The notes under the pieces are model-generated. The model was given only the letters and a program-made list of their open reading frames with translations, had not been told where the DNA came from and made no database searches. 18,121 nt of DNA from Myxococcota bacterium (GTDB lineage: Bacteria > Myxococcota_A > Polyangia > Polyangiales > Sandaracinaceae), in NCBI GenBank assembly GCA_036149055.1, contig JAYZQJ010000259.1, positions 1 through 18,121 of the forward strand, in the 5' to 3' direction. The position numbers and the translations under genes were made by a program. Position 1 is the first letter of the stretch. Every line of letters begins with the position of its first letter. Shown here piece after piece: positions 15,447 through 18,121 of the stretch.

Positions 15447-16498
15447 TTCACACCTCGGATGCCCATCACGTGGGCGATGACCTTGGCCGCCACCTCGTAC
15501 AGCTCCACCGGGATCGGGCGGCCGACCTTGCCGTTCTTGCGGAGCGCGCGGGCCAGCGGCTTGTTCTCGACGATCGGGATGCCCTTCTTGCGGGCCTCGG
15601 CGCGCATGCGGAGCGCGGTCTCCTCGACGCCCGAGCCGAGCATGATCGGCGCGGCGTCACCCTGGTCGGGCTCGTAGCGGAGCGCGACCGCGATGTGCGT
15701 CGGGTTGGTGACCAGGCAGGTGGCCCCCTCGACCGCCTGCACCGAGCGCTGCTGGGCGAGCTCGCGCTGCTTCTGGCGGCGCTTGCCCTTGATGTGGGGG
15801 TCGCCCTCGCTCTGCTTGTGCTCTTCCTTCACCTCGTGCTTCGCCATGCGGTTCTGCTTGGCGAAGCGGCGCCAGGTGATGACGTAGTCGACGGCCGCGA
15901 GGGCCGCGAGGGCCGCCACGCCCCAGAGCACGAGCTTGGCCGCGACCGCGCCGACCTCGGCCGCGCCGGCCTCGGCCTCGGCCATCGGCAGCACGATGAA
16001 GTGCGGCAGGCCGTCGTCGATCACGCGCCAGACGAGGATGCCGACCAGGCCCACCTTGAGCAGGCTCTTGCCGAGCTCGACCAGCATCTCCGGCCCGGGC
16101 AGGACCTTCTTCATGCCGGCGATCGGGTTCATGCGCTCCGGCTTGGGCTGGAGCGCGGCCAACGCGAAGAGGCCCTTGGTCTGGACCACGGTGGCGACGA
16201 TCGCGGCGACCGCGGCCGCCCCGGCGACCGGCCCGATGATCTGCAGGCCGATCTGACCGAGGGTCTCGATCGCCTCGAACGGGCGGTGCACGTCGCGCAG
16301 CCGGAAGATGCGCTCGCTGAAGCGGGAGACGCTGTCGGCGAAGCCGCTCCCCATCACCGCGAGGATGGCGACGGTGGAGACGACGGTGGCCGCGCCCGCG
16401 ACGTCGGCGCTCTTGGCGACCTGCCCCTGCTCGCGCAGCTGCTCGAGCTTTTTTGGGGTCGCTTCCTCTGTCTTGCTGTCCTGGTCGACGTCGGCCAT
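15443..16498 (-). CDS. flhB: Flagellar export protein FlhB
   Basis: SKTEEATPKK, EVKEEHKQSEGDP, NPTH autocleavage motif, ENKPLARAL. Confidence 0.95.
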   Translation of the reverse strand: MADVDQDSKTEEATPKKLEQLREQGQVAKSADVAGAATVVSTVAILAVMGSGFADSVSRFSERIFRLRDVHRPFEAIETLGQIGLQIIGPVAGAAAVAAIVATVVQTKGLFALAALQPKPERMNPIAGMKKVLPGPEMLVELGKSLLKVGLVGILVWRVIDDGLPHFIVLPMAEAEAGAAEVGAVAAKLVLWGVAALAALAAVDYVITWRRFAKQNRMAKHEVKEEHKQSEGDPHIKGKRRQKQRELAQQRSVQAVEGATCLVTNPTHIAVALRYEPDQGDAAPIMLGSGVEETALRMRAEARKKGIPIVENKPLARALRKNGKVGRPIPVELYEVAAKVIAHVMGIRGVK

Positions 16499-17274
16499 CA
16501 GCCGCCTCCCAGGGCCGCGCGAAGGGCGGCGGGCAGCTCACCGAGGTGCTGGGTCAGCGCGGCGACCACGCTCGGGGACGAGGCGTAGAGCACCACCCCG
16601 CCGACGGCGGAGGTGACGGCGAAGGTGAGCGCGAAGATCTGGACGCGGGGCGCCGACCTCGCGACGAGGCCCATTCCCAGCTGAACGATGAACATCGTGC
16701 CCACGATGGGGGACGCGATGCGCAAGCCCTGTGCCAGCAGCCCCGCGCCGATGTCCACCGTGCCCGGGTGCACCGCCCGGGTGAGCGCGTCGCCGACCGG
16801 CGCGTGCCCGATCGACCAGGCCAGCGCCTGCAGCGTCACGTGGTGACCCTGCAAAGCGAAGAAGATCAGGACGGAAAGCGCCCCGATCAGCCGACCGGTG
16901 GGCATCGTCTGCTCGCCGAACATCGGGTCGACGGTCTGGGCGAAGCCCTGGCCCATGCTGAGGCCGGCGATGTTCCCGGCCACGTCGGCCGCCGCCAGGG
17001 TGACGCGGACCGTCAGACCGATGACGGCCCCCACCAGGAATTCCCCCAGCGCCGCCACCGCGAGCGGGACCGGCTCGAGGGCGATCACCGGGGCATCCCC
17101 CCAGTGCGGCGTGCAGATGGCCAGCGCGATGAGCAAGGCCAGCCCGACCCGCACCTGCGTGGGCGAGCCGCTCCCGAACGGCGCCGGCAACGCCACCAGC
17201 ATCACGCTCACCCGGAGGAAGACGAGGAGCGCGAAGGGCACGAAGGGCAGAAGGCTGGTGAGGTACGCCTGCAT
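16498..17274 (-). CDS. fliR: Flagellar export protein FliR (258 aa)
   Basis: C-terminal part of the 485-aa track ORF, from MQAYLTSLL; multi-TM, LVFLRV, EFLVGAVIGL, MGQGFAQTVDP, ARSAPRVQIF; stop overlaps the flhB start. Confidence 0.92.
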   Translation of the reverse strand: MQAYLTSLLPFVPFALLVFLRVSVMLVALPAPFGSGSPTQVRVGLALLIALAICTPHWGDAPVIALEPVPLAVAALGEFLVGAVIGLTVRVTLAAADVAGNIAGLSMGQGFAQTVDPMFGEQTMPTGRLIGALSVLIFFALQGHHVTLQALAWSIGHAPVGDALTRAVHPGTVDIGAGLLAQGLRIASPIVGTMFIVQLGMGLVARSAPRVQIFALTFAVTSAVGGVVLYASSPSVVAALTQHLGELPAALRAALGGG

Positions 17275-17290
17275 CGGCGAGGGCGGGCTC

Positions 17291-17306
17291 TGCACAGCGG
17301 ATGCCG
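17291..17306 (-). promoter_or_regulatory. Candidate sigma54 promoter for the fliR-flgG operon
   Basis: Minus strand CGGCAT-CCGCT-GTGCA with GG-N10-GC spacing; predicted +1 about 6 nt before the fliR ATG. Confidence 0.45.
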
Positions 17307-17332
17307 GCCCGCCGGCGCCAAGCCGGCGGGCC

Positions 17333-17437
17333 CCCGTGCCCCTGCCCGTGCCCGTGCCCGTGCCCGAAAAGGTCCGAGACCGAGACCGAGACCGGGTCTG
17401 AGACCGAGACCGAATCCGAGACCGAGTCCGATTCCGA
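17333..17437. repeat. Hexamer tandem repeats (CCCGTG)~5.5 and (CCGAGA)~10, degenerate
   Basis: Directly visible at 17333-17366 and 17374-17437. Confidence 0.9.
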
Positions 17438-17494
17438 CGCCCTCGTGGTCGACGCAGATCAGGGGAGGTGGGAGGCGAGGAGGAATAGCTAGGC

Positions 17495-17770
17495 CCGGCG
17501 CCGCGCCCGCTCTCGGCCTCCCCGCCCCCGGCGCCGCCGCTGCCGGCCTCGCCTCCGCTCCCCGCTGCCGGCCTCGCCGCCGCTCCCCGCTGCCGATGCC
17601 GCCGCGGGCCTCGCTGCCGCTGCCGGCCTCGCTGCCGCTCCCCGCTGCCGATGCCGGCCTCGCCGCCGCTCCCCGCCGCCGCTGCCGGCCTCGCTGCCGC
17701 CGGTCTCGCCGCCGCTCCCCGCTGCCGATGCCGCCGCCGGCCTCGCTGCCGCTGCCGGCTACGCCCCCGT
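17495..17770. repeat. GC-rich degenerate hexamer-period repeat tract
   Basis: Units such as CCGCTG/CCGCTC/CCGGCC/TCGCCG; a 55-nt block recurs at 17573-17627 and 17705-17759 with one mismatch (offset 132 = 22x6). Confidence 0.85.
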
Positions 17771-17837
17771 CGAGCCCCTATGAGAGGCAGACGTGTTGGC
17801 GCCTCGTCCTCCTCCTCTGACGGTGCCGGACGCCGCC

Positions 17838-17912
17838 GGGCGAGTAAGAGGACGCCTGCGGCGCCGGCTACGCCGGCTTCGCTCGCTACGCTCGCTCGTC
17901 CTTGACTAGCCC
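17838..17912 (+). promoter_or_regulatory. Branched inverted-repeat element containing TTGACT, upstream of the four-helix-bundle gene
   Basis: Arms GGGCGAGTAAGAGGACG and CGTCCTTGACTAGCCC enclose mini-hairpins GCC-TGC-GGC, GCCGGC-TAC-GCCGGC and GCTTCGC/GCTACGC motifs. Confidence 0.45.
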
Positions 17913-17988
17913 GTCCGCGCCCGGCGCGGAGGAGGCGGAGGACGATGCGCGACACAGCGTTGCGCGGGCCGTCTCCTCGGAGAGAACG

Positions 17989-18121
17989 ATGCGCAACATC
18001 ACCTCGGAAGCGATCGACTGGCTCACCCGCGTCCGGCCCGTCTGGGAGGCCATCGCGAAGCAGGACAAGAACCTCGCTCGGCAGCTGCGCGACAGCGCGT
18101 CGAGCGTGGTCGGCAACCTCG
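17989..18121 (+). CDS. Four-helix bundle protein (TIGR02436 / 23S rRNA IVP-like), 5' part, truncated by the window edge
   Basis: Not in the ORF track. GGAGAG RBS then ATG: MRNITSEAIDWLTRVRPVWEAIAKQDKNLARQLRDSASSVVGNL..., matching the family pattern L-x-x-Q-L-R-x-(A/S)-x-x-S-(V/I)-x-x-N-(I/L)-A-E-G. Confidence 0.8.
   Translation, partial: MRNITSEAIDWLTRVRPVWEAIAKQDKNLARQLRDSASSVVGNL

Noticed and set aside
13392..17274. Non-flagellar type III secretion (injectisome) genes
   Set aside because: Linkage with flhF, flhG, fliA and the rod genes flgF/flgG identifies the flagellar system.
94..17905. Numerous long plus-strand and alternative-frame ORFs in the track (e.g. 94-843, 2233-5250, 7292-8596, 13365-15677)
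   Set aside because: Arg/Pro/Ala/Gly-rich shadow frames typical of high-GC DNA, overlapping well-supported minus-strand genes.
17275..17955. 227-aa N-terminal extension of FliR (485-aa track ORF)
   Set aside because: It is a translation of the hexamer repeats (RSRS, GTGT, RQRQ); FliR similarity and normal length begin at ATG 17274.
1517..18121. Diversity-generating retroelement (FGE/CLec-fold target, Avd-like four-helix bundle, near-duplicate repeats)
   Set aside because: No reverse transcriptase, no second copy of the FGE 3' end in the window, and differences among the 820-bp repeats are not adenine-specific.

Overview
Very GC-rich bacterial DNA with a Myxococcota-like gene content (inferred from protein families, not established). 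Almost all genes are on the minus strand. Right part (9274-17274): an intact flagellar export/regulation cluster fliR-flhB-flhA-flhF-flhG-fliA-flgF-flgG, with a candidate sigma54 promoter in front and a terminator after flgG. Middle (5138-9055): an accessory island of small genes that looks like an orphan polymorphic-toxin immunity array. It holds a double-CXXC(G) SitI6-like gene, an SH3-like small gene behind an apparent toxin C-terminal remnant, and a 2.5-copy ~820-bp tandem repeat with three diverged alleles of a 111-aa DUF7668-like gene separated by a near-identical frameshifted pseudogene. Left part (344-5061): three lipoprotein genes (Cys/Asp-repeat beta-propeller protein, FGE-sulfatase-domain protein, and a putative iron-related protein behind a Fur-box-like site). 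Non-coding candidates: a sigma54-driven ~110-nt RNA with two poly-C-loop hairpins (72-185), a four-hairpin element after flgG (9120-9220), and hexamer-repeat tracts plus a branched hairpin ahead of a four-helix-bundle gene that runs off the right edge. Family names were recognised by eye; no searches were run.
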